Assembly (NCBI GenBank): GCA_964252035.1
Contig: OZ176205.1
Direction: 5' to 3' (one strand)
DNA: 64,000 nt
Source of the DNA: Podarcis erhardii
Lineage: Eukaryota
Positions within the stretch are counted from its first letter, which is position 1. The number at the start of each line of letters is the position of its first letter. Of the stretch, positions 1-11,859 are shown in pieces. The notes beneath the pieces were generated by a model, which worked only from the letters and a program-made list of their open reading frames with translations, did no database searches and was not told the origin of the DNA. Made by a program: the position numbers and the translations under genes.

Positions 1-570
1 CTCACAATCCAAAAAGGCTTTAGCCTCTTTGCCTCTATTCAAGGGTACTTCAGCATCTGCTCATTTAAGGGCAATTAATCATTTTGATATATGGTTTAAA
101 ATTGACTGCTTCCAAGGGACTTTTTTTTTTTTTTTTTGACAAGAATAACAAAGCAATTTGCCAGAAGCCATCTTCTGGACATGTTATTAGCACAGACTTC
201 ATCTTAAAGAGGTTCCCCCTCCCCCCCCTTCCTTTCAAGGTACCTGCTTTAAAGGGCTGGCCTGCTCTCTGACATGCTCCTTTTTTTACACCACGGCTGA
301 TTCAGTCCCAACCCACTTTCTGATATATATTCATGACATGAGCAACTGATTGCCCTCTTTTGAGTAGAAAGTGGGCACCTTGACTGCTGTGTCACCCCTT
401 TGATGACTTCTAATTCTGATGCAAGGTGATCCCAGGGTCAGGAGGCATCACAGGTATTGGTTCCTGCCAAGGATTTTGGGTTGTTTTGCCCTCCTCCTCT
501 GTCTGGATCGAAAGAATCCCCGAGTGAAGATTTCACTGGTGTTTACTGAAGCAAAACAAACCATCTTTTC

Positions 571-571
<1 letters not shown>

Positions 572-610
<39 letters not shown>

Positions 611-612
611 TC
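572..612. repeat. (TTTC)n microsatellite
   Basis: About 10 tandem TTTC units read directly. Confidence 0.95.
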
Positions 613-657
613 CTTTTATACAGGCATGTAAAGCAATGGTCGTCTTTTAAAAACTCA

Positions 658-740
658 GGCTGCAACTTACCTGGGAGGAAGCCCCAGTGAATTCAACAGG
701 ACTTACTTCTGAGTAGACAAGGTTAGGCTTGTGCTGTAAG
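658..740. repeat. Short dispersed imperfect-palindrome repeat (cttacctgggag...ttcaa...gacttacttctgagta...)
   Basis: Related copies at about 10845-10903 plus 11323-11350, 12678-12752, 37420-37490 and 39390-39480, in both orientations. Confidence 0.6.
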
Positions 741-1510
741 CCAAGGAAGCATGTCCGTTTGACAAGATCCTAGTGTCCCATACAGAGAGTCTGAGCATTT
801 TGACATAGGACAACTCTGCATGTGTGAATGTGGAATAAAAAGCTGAACGTGCCTTCTGGCCAACCACTGAAATAGCAGCTATGGTTAATTAAGAACAGGG
901 TGTACTTTTATAGATTTAGAAGGCTTGAACCTATCTGGTGAAACTCACCAAATATGTTACACTGTGAATATACATGCTATGTATGCTCAGGGTACTCTCC
1001 TCCAGGCCCTGAGAGGGATATGTTCATTGGATGTGTTCAATGAGCATTTGCCCCCAGCGGGACAGAAGAACCCTGAACGGAGCCTATAGTGGTTCTGTGT
1101 TAGATGAGAACAAAGTCCAATGGCAGGTAGCCACAAACAGAGCAGGCAAGATTGGCCAATCAACCAAAGGAGCAATATCAACAGTGGGTTCTCACAGGTC
1201 AGCTTGTTGCTTCCTTATGGGATGATTTATTTCAAGTCACGTTAGTTTGTCAGTAAATTGTCAGACCTCTCCCACGGTGGGAGAAGATCTTCTGCAAATG
1301 CACCTTCTGATTTACCCTGTTGAGACACTGGGCATGAAGGCCCTTGCACTAGAATCTCTATAGTCCTTACAACATGTGTATAGAAAAGGCGCGCGGGCAC
1401 ACACACACACACAGTATTCCCTACTATGGATGTCAAACATTCTTCCTTGAATATCCTCCGCAGCCATTGCACTGGTGAATTCTTGGCCAAAAAACTGACG
1501 TACTACTCAC

Positions 1511-1580
1511 CTGGCCTTCATATCTTGGACACAATCCAAGAGTACTTGGTGGATTTCTTCTGGGGTTGTACCACTTCAGA
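1511..1580 (-). other. Candidate 70-nt exon, host transcript unknown
   Basis: Minus strand reads ttgcagtttcctcatttgcag|TCTGAAG...GGCCAG|gtgagt, a good acceptor and donor. One frame is open (LKWYNPRRNPPSTLGLCPRYEGQ). No homology recognised. Confidence 0.25.
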
Positions 1581-2483
1581 CTGCAAATGAGGAAACTGCA
1601 AGAGTGATCCATAATAAAATTAAAAAATTATCCCTGTGGAAAGGTATCATGTCACAGCTATTTTTTAAAAAATAACTACAGAAAATTTAGATGGATGTGA
1701 GAGGTCCTGTTCAATTATGCATTTGTTCACCTGCATTCTCTAGTGGTACAAAAAGAAGGGCTGAGTCATATGCTATAATATACGTGGAGGGGGATACAAA
1801 TCAATGTTTGGACTGTTCATACACTAGTTGGTGGAGTGTTCCCTATCTGTCTATCATAGTTACAATGGTGACCATGCCAGAGAAACCCTGCATTTTGACG
1901 TAATGGTTACTGTGGTCTGTATCTTTTGGGCAACTAATCTCTTGGCCTCATGCCCATGTAGCTCATGCCAATAGGAGAAGGTTTTACCTATTTGGGGCAT
2001 TTCTAGCCCATTCATGATTAAAATTAATTCCAGAATGGGGTACATAATATGAAAGACAGACCACAAGACACAATCGAACATAACGGCAGCGTGGGACTTG
2101 CACCTGCCTTTTGCCTTTCCCTCAGCTGCCCTACAGCTGAGGGTGAAGGGGCCATTAGAATATTGTTCTCTATATGATCCCAAAAAACTGTTTAAGGCAA
2201 GGTTTTTCCAGCCAGAAGAACAAGGCTTTTTTTTCTTGCTTAAACGGTGCAAATGGGCCTCTCGTTGGAATGTCTAGGCCTAGGCGGGTGAGAGATAAGA
2301 GCAAGGCTAGATGGATGTTTCATTCTCGCCCCAGACAGGGGGAGACTGAAGACAAGGAGGCGAGTTGAAAGGGAGGAGTAAGTATTGCCACTAGTATAAA
2401 TCACATGTTTTACATTTGAACACGTGTTGAGGTTCATGGCGTGGAGAGGCTGGTGCAGGAAGGAAAGGGGGGGGGCAAGCCCA

Positions 2484-2729
2484 TGTAAGGACATAGGAAG
2501 TTGCCATAACTTTCGGTTTACAAGAGATCAGGTGGTGTTCTATTCTGCAAATCTATATAAAGGGGGCACACCCTGACTAGGGGGTGCAGATTGCAAACTT
2601 ATTGCTCTGTACCTTTGTTTTGCATATGCATTTCAAATAAAAATCCTGTTAATAACCTGCAAGGACGTTTTGCCGCTTTGTGTGAATCTGTGCTTCAGGG
2701 ACCCAAGAGCAGATATGTGTGGTCCTTCA
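2484..2729 (+). mobile_element. LTR-like sequence (possible ERV LTR)
   Basis: Termini TGTAAGGA...TCCTTCA, TATA box (tatataa 2554-2560), AATAAA (2636-2641), and a purine tract aggaaaggggggggg ending about 8 nt upstream. No TSD found, so the boundaries are uncertain. Confidence 0.45.
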
Positions 2730-2764
2730 AGGGGGAGGTGGTGGAGAGGTTCCAAGCGTCAGAG

Positions 2765-2834
2765 AGGCTTGCCCCGCCCCCAGCTGCAGGACACGCCCCC
2801 ACACCAGGAACCCGAGCGGCTAGCTACGCCACTG
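2765..2834. mobile_element. One end of a hAT-type MITE (CAGTGGCGTAG TIR family)
   Basis: Ends in gctacgccactg, the same terminus as the complete MITE at 56863-57007. Confidence 0.5.
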
Positions 2835-2872
2835 TCCACACCATGCCACTACCTGCTACTGATCTTAAAGTA

Positions 2873-3124
2873 CAGTCATACCTCGGGTTACAGAACCTTC
2901 AGGTTGCGTTTTTTGGGTTACAGACTGCCAAAACCCGGAAGTACCGGAACGGGTTACTTCCGGTGGTTGCGCATGCACAGAACCGCTAAATCGTGCTTTG
3001 CGTATGCGCAGAAGCGCCGAATCACAACCTGCACGTGCGCAGACACGCCACTGCGGGTTGCGAACGCTGCGGGTTGCAAATATGCATCCCCCACGGATCA
3101 CGTTCGCAACCCGAGCATCCACTG
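2873..3124. mobile_element. Tc1/mariner-superfamily (Tigger-like) MITE
   Basis: TA|CAGTCATACCTCGGGTT ... AACCCGAGCATCCACTG|TA: imperfect TIRs flanked by a TA duplication. Confidence 0.85.
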
Positions 3125-3425
3125 TATTTAGGCCCCAAGTTGCTTAGGGCTTTCTATACCTACACCAGTTCCAACACCCTGATTTGGGCATGGCAGGATA
3201 CAGGCATAAACTTGCCATTGTCTGATCATATGAAAGGAGGATGATGCAATGAAGAACAGGACATGAGGTATCCACATAATGAAGATATGGCCTGTTTGTG
3301 ATTCTAAACAACTGCAGGAAACCTGGTAGAAGCTGTGTGGCATTTGTCTTGCGGTATATCAGCAAAAACCTCATTGCTCTGAGTTTCTGGCATTTACTAG
3401 AGTGGGTTGAAAGTCTCTGATTCCA

Positions 3426-3820
3426 GCCCAGAGGTGGAAAGAAGACCAACTCCCTACCAGAGAGGAATGGCAAGCTAAGCTGATGGAGTATGCCAAAATG
3501 GCAAAGCTGACTGGAAAACTCAGGAACCAAGAGGACAAAACTAAAAAAAAAAAAAAAAAAAAGGGAAAAATTGATAAGTTATTTAGGAGACCACTGTAAG
3601 CAGATGGAAACTTGTAATGTAACAAATACTATGGATATAATATGGACTGATATAACATTTGGCGTATGGAATAATATGCAGTTGTAAATGTTAAGAATAG
3701 GACCCCATGGAGGGGGTGGGGGGAAAGTTGTGAGATTCACAGTAATCTCAATATATAGATATGTATTTGGATTGTTACAATTTTATATTTGAAAAATCAA
3801 ATAAAAATGATTTAAAAAAA
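3426..3820 (+). mobile_element. 5'-truncated L1 LINE (ORF2 C-terminus, 3' UTR, A tail)
   Basis: Perfect 17-bp TSD gaaagtctctgattcca (3409-3425 and 3821-3837). Reads AQRWKEDQLPTREEWQAKLMEYAKMAKLTGKLRNQEDK, resembling L1 ORF2 C-termini. AATAAA precedes the A tail. Confidence 0.9.
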
Positions 3821-4901
3821 GAAAGTCTCTGATTCCAATTCATCTTCCAGCATTTTTAGAAGCCCTGGTTTCAGTATATCATGGATCAGGTCCCTGCAGG
3901 AATGTTATTTTACAGTCAGTTGCTCCTTTGTAAAGCAAGACCTAGAACACTGATTCCCCAAAAGCATGCTTGATAAGTTTCCAGTAATGAAAGGAGAAAA
4001 TTCAGTTTCAGATAATTCAACAAGTGTCAGGAAACACATGCCTGAAATACTTCGGCAGAAAATATTTGTCATCTTTCCCTGTCTCCCTTTCTCTCAGCTG
4101 CATATAGCTCTATCTCTAGAACTAATAGAGTATAAAATATATTTTACAAGAGTTTTACCTACAGGTGACTTGCTCTTTATTACTGGATATGGGCAAAATC
4201 AATACTTCTGCAACCAGAAGATCATTTATTTTGTTTTTTGAAGCATTTTTCAGCAGTGGGTCTGCTGCTAAGCCTGCAAAGCTATGATGAAGAATTATGG
4301 TGCTCTGGCTTAGTCTCCCTCCCTGCTTCCAAGCTATTTATGGAATTAAATATGTGTGGATTTTCAAACACAGTCTAGTGCATCACTTAGCTACTTTTGT
4401 ATTATTTCAGGGGAATACAATTATTTTAACTTTTGCCATTTTTAAAGTGGGGAAGAGTCAACATGGTAGAAAAGGCTATAGCTATGGGTCACATTTGGGC
4501 TGATTCTATTTCACTGTAAAGCCATGGGCACTGTTAAGGGGATTGAGCAGTAAATTGAGCAGTTAATGTGCATAATAACTGGCTATTATGCACATTCACC
4601 AGCATCATGGAAAATAGGCTTTTAAGCCTTCATTGAAGAGGAAATTCTGCACATTTCCTGGTCAATATAGGTAATCCTCAACAGGTCTTCAGGAATATGC
4701 ACATAATGATGGAAGTAGTTAAATCTTCCTTTGCTGAGATTTCTATGTTGACTGGCCCTATGGTACTATTAATAGGGATTTCCATCAGAATTGTGGGAAG
4801 GTGAGGAGAAGTGTAACATTTCCCTCTCTCTGCAGTCCCCTTTGTGCTGCTCAGCTGAATGGGGAACAGCTGAAAGTGGTTAAAAGGGTCCTGGACTGCA
4901 G

Positions 4902-5009
4902 AAAAAATATGAAAATGTACAAAATTCAGTTACTATATGCACGTCCCCGAAGGCCTGTTGGGGATTATGCAGACTGACCAGGAAGTGCTTTCAAATGGAC
5001 TTAGCCCAG
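4902..5009 (+). other. Candidate exon (strong donor)
   Basis: Donor CCCAG|gtaagt at 5009. The acceptor is weak (ctgcag| at 4901 or ttcag| at 4929). The phase-0 frame is open for 36 codons. No homology recognised. Confidence 0.2.
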
Positions 5010-5123
5010 GTAAGTATATAGTCTGTCAAATATCCATATGCATAATATTTGGAATATTATGATTATACTAGTTCAATATTCCATGATTTTCATTCTGGCT
5101 CCAAGGATGGCACTGGATCCCAT

Positions 5124-5199
5124 GTTTGTTGGAAGCCGCCCAGAGTGGCTGGGGAAACCCAGCCAGATAGGTGGGGTACAAATAATAAATTATTATTAT
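5124..5199 (+). mobile_element. L2-clade LINE 3' end fragment
   Basis: ggaagccgcccagagtggctggggaaacccagccagataggtggggtac plus an AAT/ATT tail matches the 3' end of the longer copy at 30550-31142. Confidence 0.85.
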
Positions 5200-5200
5200 A

Positions 5201-5402
5201 AACTTAATCCATTCCAAAGGTCTGTTCTTAACCTGAAACCGTTCTTAACCTGAGGTACCACTTTAGCTAATGGGGTCTCCCGCTGCCGCCACGCCGCCGG
5301 TGCACAATTTCTGTTCTCATCCTGAGGTAAAGTTCTTAACCCGAGGTTAAGCAGGTTAGCAGAGTCTGTAACCTGAAGTGTTTGTAACCTGAGGTACCAC
5401 TG
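5201..5402. mobile_element. Tigger-like MITE, one end missing
   Basis: Reverse-orientation copy of the 12903-13123 family; ends AACCTGAGGTACCACTG|TA. Confidence 0.85.
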
Positions 5403-6518
5403 TATGTTTAAAACATCCCACCCAAATGCCTTTATCAAATGGATCCTGGACCCAATTCAAAGGCATCTTCATGTCTCTCCTCCTGCAGCAGGAGCCACAG
5501 CAACGTGCTTCCTCCTCTGGGAGGAGCCCAGATCCATGCAGATGTCGGTCACTCGCTGTTGATAATTCAGTCAACTGGCATGGGGAAGATCTGTATTATG
5601 GACTTTTTACCCTTATGGTCCACCCTTATGGTCGCTTTGCAGTGGAAGGCATGGTTCTGCTGTGACTCCCGCATTGTTCCAGCAACATATGTACTAGTCA
5701 CAGGTCTCATTTGCAGTACTGAGCATGTATAACAAGAATGCACATGGTTTTCTGTTTCACTAGAAAAAAAAGTAAAAAAATCTGATTCTTCTGTTCAGTA
5801 GGCTCAAAATTATTTGGAGTTTTTAATAGCTAGAACCATACATGAGCACCAGATTTTTCAATTGCTATTTGCTGCTATAATTCTCCTCTCTGTGTATTCC
5901 TCATGGCTGGGGAGGGGGCAATCTGTTGGAAACATGTTTCCTGCACAGGCACAACCTGTTTGTGTTGCTGTCAGTTATATAGTGGCCTTTATAAGCAGAT
6001 GTGCTCATCTGCACTGCAGTGGGGAGGCTGATATTAGGTAGGCAATGTATTTAGTTTTTACTGGAGTTCTGGTTTGCTCTGGGAGCACAGCATATGCTGG
6101 TTTGATTGTTCATTTATTTGTTGTTCTCAGGAGTCACAGAGTATTAAAGAACCTCTGATGTGTGCCTGGTTAAATGCCTGCATAGTGGTGAAATTGATCA
6201 GTAGAATTAAAATGGGCCTGAACAACTTTGATTTGATTTGGTTTCATTGTCCTTACTTTGTTTTCTGACAATGGGTGCAACCACATAGCAATGTATTTAT
6301 ATTTTGCATCAGCTCCTTCTTATCCTTTTGTACTTCCCCTTATCTATGGATATTACTGCTATATATATATATTTGCTTTAGTCTCTTGCTTTTTGCTTTT
6401 TTACAAAAAAACAGACCTAAAGCCAAACAACTCCTGCTTGCATCCTTCTTCCTATACAAAATCTAAAATGCCACAAAGACTTATACAGGATAAAAGAGCG
6501 ATTCCCTTTTGAAATCAG

Positions 6519-6668
6519 GATGAATCTGCTTTCTGGGATTTGATAAGTCTTTCAGCTATAGCTGAGGTTGATACAAAGCTTAATCAATCAGAGATAATCT
6601 TAAAAGAGACAAAATACAAGTATTATGGAGTATTTTGGGGACAAAAAAATCAAAAGGCAAAAGCAAAG
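6519..6668 (+). other. Candidate 150-nt in-frame exon
   Basis: ttcccttttgaaatcag|GAT...GCAAAG|gtcagt. Open, phase 0/0: DESAFWDLISLSAIAEVDTKLNQSEIILKETKYKYYGVFWGQKNQKAKAK. No homology recognised. Confidence 0.2.
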
Positions 6669-7747
6669 GTCAGTCGAAAATGCTTCAGTTGCTTGGCAAT
6701 GTTTGTTGCTAGCAGAAAAGGCATCAAGCTGCTGACTTAATTCTGCTACTTTTAATGTCACTTCTTTAAGAACTAAGCATAATCACCCATTTCCCCAAAA
6801 TCAATATCAATAGATCAATCAATCAACCAAGTGTCTGCTTCCTAGGGTCCGCTCCACAGCAATGCTGCATGTGTGATTCCTTTGTTTATGTAGTAACCCA
6901 GATGGGATTGGAAGAGGCACTGCTTCCCATGACATTTACATATAGTTCTTCTGCCTAACTGCTATCTGTGATCAAACAGCTATTTAGAGTGCGCATGTGG
7001 GAACAATGCAAAGCCCTGCAAAACCTGTTTACTAAAGGCCCAAGTCAAATGGTGGTCACATCACAAACAGAAATTCCTCTTTCAGATCGTCTATAAGTCT
7101 CTGCACCAGGGGTCACCAATATTCAATATGGCCAATGGAATACTATGTTGGTCACCCTAGGGTGAACTGTCTCTAGCCTATGGAGCTTATAATATAGTAG
7201 CTGCCATTGTTGCTCATATGATTGGGCAGCAGAGTGTTGGTACCAGAATGAGGGTGCAACTCATTCCTTTGGGCAGATGATGAACCCTGACTCCAGATAC
7301 ACTACTGGTCCCATGGAAACCATCACTATGTTCAGAAATTGCTACCATTGACAGCTTGTTCAGGTCCTAAGGGCTGGGAGCTCACTTGTGAGGAGTCATC
7401 TCTGCTTATCTCCCCATAGCCTCTTCCTAGAAGCAATTTTCTCCTAGATGAACTTCAGTATTAGAGCTTAGTTAAGGAGCTTCATGAGGAGCAGATTGTG
7501 GGTGGTAGATCACAGGCAGGAGAAGAAATGAGTACTCCTCTACCTGCACACTCCCTTTGATCTAAAAATCAAGGCACTGAACCCTTGCCTTATGGGTGAG
7601 CAGGATGAACCCAGATTTAAACAGGTGAAGCTGCCACAATCACATTTAGTTTGGCTCATAGGCTTTTCAGGGTAATTGTGGTTCAGATTTGGATCAGGCT
7701 TCTGTGCATGTGTGCAGAGTGCTCAGTGACCCAGTTATAAAGCAATT

Positions 7748-7878
7748 GTAGGGAATCTTTGGTCCTCCAGATGTTGCTGAACTACAACTCCCAGCAGCCC
7801 TAACAAGCATGGTCAAGCTCCAGAAATGATGGGAATTGTGACTCAGCGACATGGGAGTGCCAAAGGTTCCTCATACCT
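7748..7878. mobile_element. Short hAT-derived MITE (…actacaactccc… family)
   Basis: Shares the core cagatgttgctgaactacaactcccagcagccct…gatgggaattgt with 28100-28235 and about 10490-10570. Confidence 0.6.
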
Positions 7879-7969
7879 GTTATAAAGGAACATCACACAG
7901 TATACACAACACAAATATGTTCTTCTTGAAGGTAAAAGAAGTTCAACATTGGACTCATTTCCCCACAGG

Positions 7970-8105
7970 AGAGCTGGACTTCCCCTCATTGGACATCTTC
8001 AGGCAGATGTTGGATGGCCATTTGTTGTGGATGCTCCAGCTCTGGATCTCTTGCACAGAGCAGGCAATTGGGCTTAATGGCCCTCTCTAACTCTGTGGTT
8101 CCATT
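7970..8105 (+). mobile_element. Decayed CR1 LINE 3' fragment
   Basis: cccctcattggacatcttcaggcagatgttggatggccatttg…gcttaatggccctc…ctaactctgtggttc resembles CR1 3' ends. Confidence 0.6.
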
Positions 8106-9588
8106 GTGACCTTCCATTCAAAGGGAGTCAGAATTCTATCCCAGAATATACAAAGTAAGTTTGGTTGAAGATGAGAAAATACAATCACCTTGCGACCCTA
8201 CTGGCCTTCTGGAATGAAATGGCTATTATGATTGGTTAAAATGTCTTCTGTAATGCATGGTGTCAGCTTGCATTTCGACAGTCAATATATCACAGAGAAA
8301 ATACTACCTGAACCTCTAGTTTTTACTAAATTACAGGAAAAAACCTTCACAAGTGTGGTGGTAGCATAATGATCAATTTTGAAGTGTGGCAGAAATTTTC
8401 TGTAAGTTTCACTGAAGTAAACCCCCTTTCAGTGTTATAAAAAAGTTTCTCCAAAATCTGTTCCCATAGATTTACTCACCAATATGCTTTTCTTAGCATT
8501 TTGAAGTCCATTTAAGAAAAATATTCACATCTGTTTTTTACATCCTATGATAATTCAGTTCCTGCATTTGATCTGATTTTTATTTCATTCTGTGTAAGTC
8601 AGATCCCAGGGTTCTATCAAACTTGCAGGGGGGGGGGCATGGGGCAGACAGAGGAATTTGTTCATTTCAATTTTTCATTCTACCATTCTGAAGTTCAATT
8701 TGCCACATTTCCAGTTCTAGTCCCTGCCAAGAACAATGGCCATGCAGATCTTTATCACACAGCTGGCAATATCTTCTATACCATTGCCAATGTATAAACA
8801 TTGGGCAAGTTGTCACATCAATTCTTTCCTTAAAAACAAGAAGATGCTGTTTTATTTTTCAAGAATGTGGCTGTGAGTCTTCTGCCTTTATCCTCTGTTT
8901 CATAACTCTCTGGTCCCCTTTTCTTTTGTGTGTGTGTGAAGGAAATAGATTACTCTTTTTTATGTAGCGTACATTAAAACAGCGGAGAGTTACATTTGAC
9001 CTTGTCCTTTTGTCCCACAGACTTGTTGCCACAGAGGGAATGCAATACAATGTACAATATGACCGGTTTATGACACAGGCATGTGGGTGAATTCCAGTGT
9101 ATCGACCCCTGAATCAAACTTAACAGGAGTCTGTTAGCTACTAGTCTATAGCTTGTTTTGCTGGTATATATATGCTATACTAGCATAACTTCCCTGCCTC
9201 ACTATTTGAAAGCCATGACTTCTGCAGAAGCTGGTACATCTCAGTTTAAGCACTACTGACTCTTTTTGCATATTAGATTATCTTATATCTTTCTGTTACA
9301 GTTTTATACATGCTGCTTCACACTCATGTATGAAAGCATGTGCATTTGGTGAGAATGGAGGCAGCTGCATTTTTTTTCAGCATGATACATTCATGGAGAA
9401 ATTAATCTCTGCATCAGCTTCCACTTGCCTCTGTTAGGTAAAAATTCTGGTTAAATCTGCTCTTTTCAAGTGAATTTAATTTGCATGGCAGTAAACTTAC
9501 CCTGAGTTGATTTTGATTTATTTATCGTAAACACAGATATATAATTAAAATCCAAACTACAATAAATAGCTATCATAAGTTCCATACA

Positions 9589-9745
9589 TAAAGGTAAAGG
9601 TACCCCCTGACAACTAAGTCCAGTCGCCAACGACTCTGGGGTTGCGGCACTCATCTTGCTTTACAGGCTGAGGGAGCTGGCGTTTCTCTGCTTCTCAGAC
9701 AGTTTTCCCGGTTCATGTGGCCAGCATGACTAAGCCACTTCTGGC
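9589..9745 (-). mobile_element. Sauria SINE, 3' portion only
   Basis: (TAAAGG)2 tail, then taccccctgacaactaagtccagtcgccaacgactctggggttgcggcactcatc…; collinear with the full copy at 23445-23814. Confidence 0.9.
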
Positions 9746-10063
9746 TTATAATTTATATACATAGCTTATAATTTATTTGTTACATTTACTATATGTTCCA
9801 TCTGGGTTCCGTCATGGAGCTCAAGATAATCAACATGGGGTAGACTTCCATTCATACACTGACCAGATGCACACCTGCTTAACTTCAACAATGTTTATAT
9901 ATAATATACCTTCTGGTTATGCTATATGATGTAACCTAATGTTTTTTCCTAGGAAGTAGGAAAAAGATGCATTAGAGAACCAACTCCCTCCCAAACAGAA
10001 AAACAAAGCAGAAGTATCAAGGTACGGATTCTCTATAATGCAGGGATGACCCACTGAGCCAGG

Positions 10064-10095
<32 letters not shown>

Positions 10096-10101
10096 CCACA
10101 G

Positions 10102-10218
10102 CCCTGGCAGGAAGCTCCATTGAACCGAATTGGACTTTCTTCTGAGGAGACATTCAAAGGTCTCATTTCTGAATTAAAACAAAAAGAATTAATGAATGCG
10201 ACAGTTGTTCTCACCTGA
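10102..10218 (+). other. Candidate terminal coding exon
   Basis: (GTT)n tract and tttccacag| acceptor, then 38 open codons PWQEAPLNRIGLSSEETFKGLISELKQKELMNATVVLT*. No nearby AATAAA and no gene recognised. Confidence 0.25.
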
Positions 10219-10903
10219 TCATTTGATTGAGGCCTGGCATCACAATGCATTCAAAGCTGCCTCAGAACCTGAAGAGTCCTAAAGCTCAATAGAACGTTTC
10301 AAGAAGCCCTAAAGCTCAATAGAACATTTCAAGAAGTTAGTTGGAAACTAGCTGAGGAGAAGGAAAATGGTACTGCTGTTGAAGGGTGAGCTGCTTAATG
10401 CCTCAAGGCTTTAAGGCAGGAAGATCTCTTATCAGGGACAAGGAGCCCAAAAGACAGAGGAAGAATCTGTGATCCTCCAAGATACATCTCCCATAATCCC
10501 TGACCACTGGCTGTGCTGGCTAGGGATGATGGGGTCCAACCATACATGGAAGGCCACAGGGTCCCCATACCTGGCATAAAACCATGCTGTCATTCCCAGA
10601 ATGAGGGAATGTAACTTTCCCCATCTGCACATGCCCAAATGATTCGAATATGCTCAGAACAACAGGAGGCAAATCCTCAGGCTGTACCTCTCCAAGGAGG
10701 CCTGGGTAGGTACCCAGGTATATTCCACCTGTCTCTTTGGTGCTGTGAACCTGGAAATGTGGTTGAGGCAAAAAAAGGGCTCTCCTCTATGATTAGCAGG
10801 CAAAGAAGTGCTTTCTCACCTTGAGGCCGATGGAATTACAGTGCAATCTCTATACACATCTTAGAATTAAGTCCCAATAAGTTCAATGGAACTTACTCCC
10901 TGG

Positions 10904-11322
10904 TAGGGATGGGGAAGTTATCCAATACAGTTCACGTTGAAAAGTGAACCTACTTAATTGGCCCTTTCCAAAACATTGCACAAACTGAAACATAGCCGTC
11001 CTTCAAGAGCCACATGTCTCTGAATTTTGCAATGCGCTCTTTGGTTCCCCAAAAGCATATTTTACAGTAAATAATGCATATCAATGCATATATTAGGGAA
11101 AATAACATACAAAATGCAGTATATTAGGGGAAATTGCTTGACACCAATGTGTGTGTTAGGCATACAGAAATGCATACTTCAGCAGAAATTACGTTGAAGA
11201 TGAATTTTATAAGGATTTTTTTAAAAAATAAAAATCACAAATTGATGTGGAAATGCGGAGAACCAAAGCTAAGACTGGAAAATGGCAAACTCTTGAGAAA
11301 TGGTCTGATTCAGCCATCCCTA
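10904..11322. mobile_element. hAT-type MITE with TAGGGATGG TIRs
   Basis: TAGGGATGG…CCATCCCTA. The 8-bp flanks ctccctgg and ctcctagg match at 6/8. A related reverse copy lies at about 47590-47994 and an end fragment at 16845-16943. Confidence 0.75.
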
Positions 11323-11859
11323 CTCCTAGGTAAGTGTGCATAGGGCTAAAGCCCCAATGCAGCATGAGGGACAGTGGGCAGTGGCCTTTTGCTTTGTCTA
11401 CCCCATTATGCTCAGAGAGGCTCACAGTTAAAGCACAGATGCAGCTAGACTGGAGACCAAAAACTGCACTAACCAGAACCATCGTTGGAATCAGCCATGA
11501 TGGGATCATGTTCTGGGTTTCACATTTTCAAGTCTTCGCATTCTAAGCAAGGCAAAAAGTTTACTTCTTTGAGGCAGGAAAATGGGTGCATGGTTCTTCG
11601 CTGTCTTCTCGAAATGCAATTCTCTTCTGCCCGGCCATCCAGCATTCTTTCTCCCCACACCCCTCCTTTTTCCCTTTCCCTTTTTCTCTTTCTTTCTTTT
11701 TTTGAAATCTTATATTCACACCATGTCTGGTGAAGTTTGTGTCAGTGGATTTAAACTTTGGCTTTGTGAGACCAAGGGAGCCCAGTCCCTTTGCCTCTGT
11801 ACCCCTGTCTCTCTGTCTCCTCCCCCCTTTCCCCCACTTGGCTGCGAAAAAGCACAAGG

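Noticed and set aside
1410-1590. Plus-strand frame …SSLNILRSHCTGE…IQEYLVDFFWG as a zinc-finger or Tx1 RT remnant
   Set aside because: The resemblances are only a few residues each and mutually inconsistent. The neighbouring motifs expected for either family are absent.
4565-4596. Perfect 13-bp stem hairpin aatgtgcataata/tattatgcacatt
   Set aside because: It is too short for a pre-miRNA and probably a relic of a small palindromic repeat, with no supporting context.
10278-10337. Local tandem duplications (30-bp pair here; also 16-bp x2.5 at about 48160-48200, 13-bp at about 5609-5633, 58000-58055 and 59633-59660)
   Set aside because: These are ordinary slippage duplications with no further structure.
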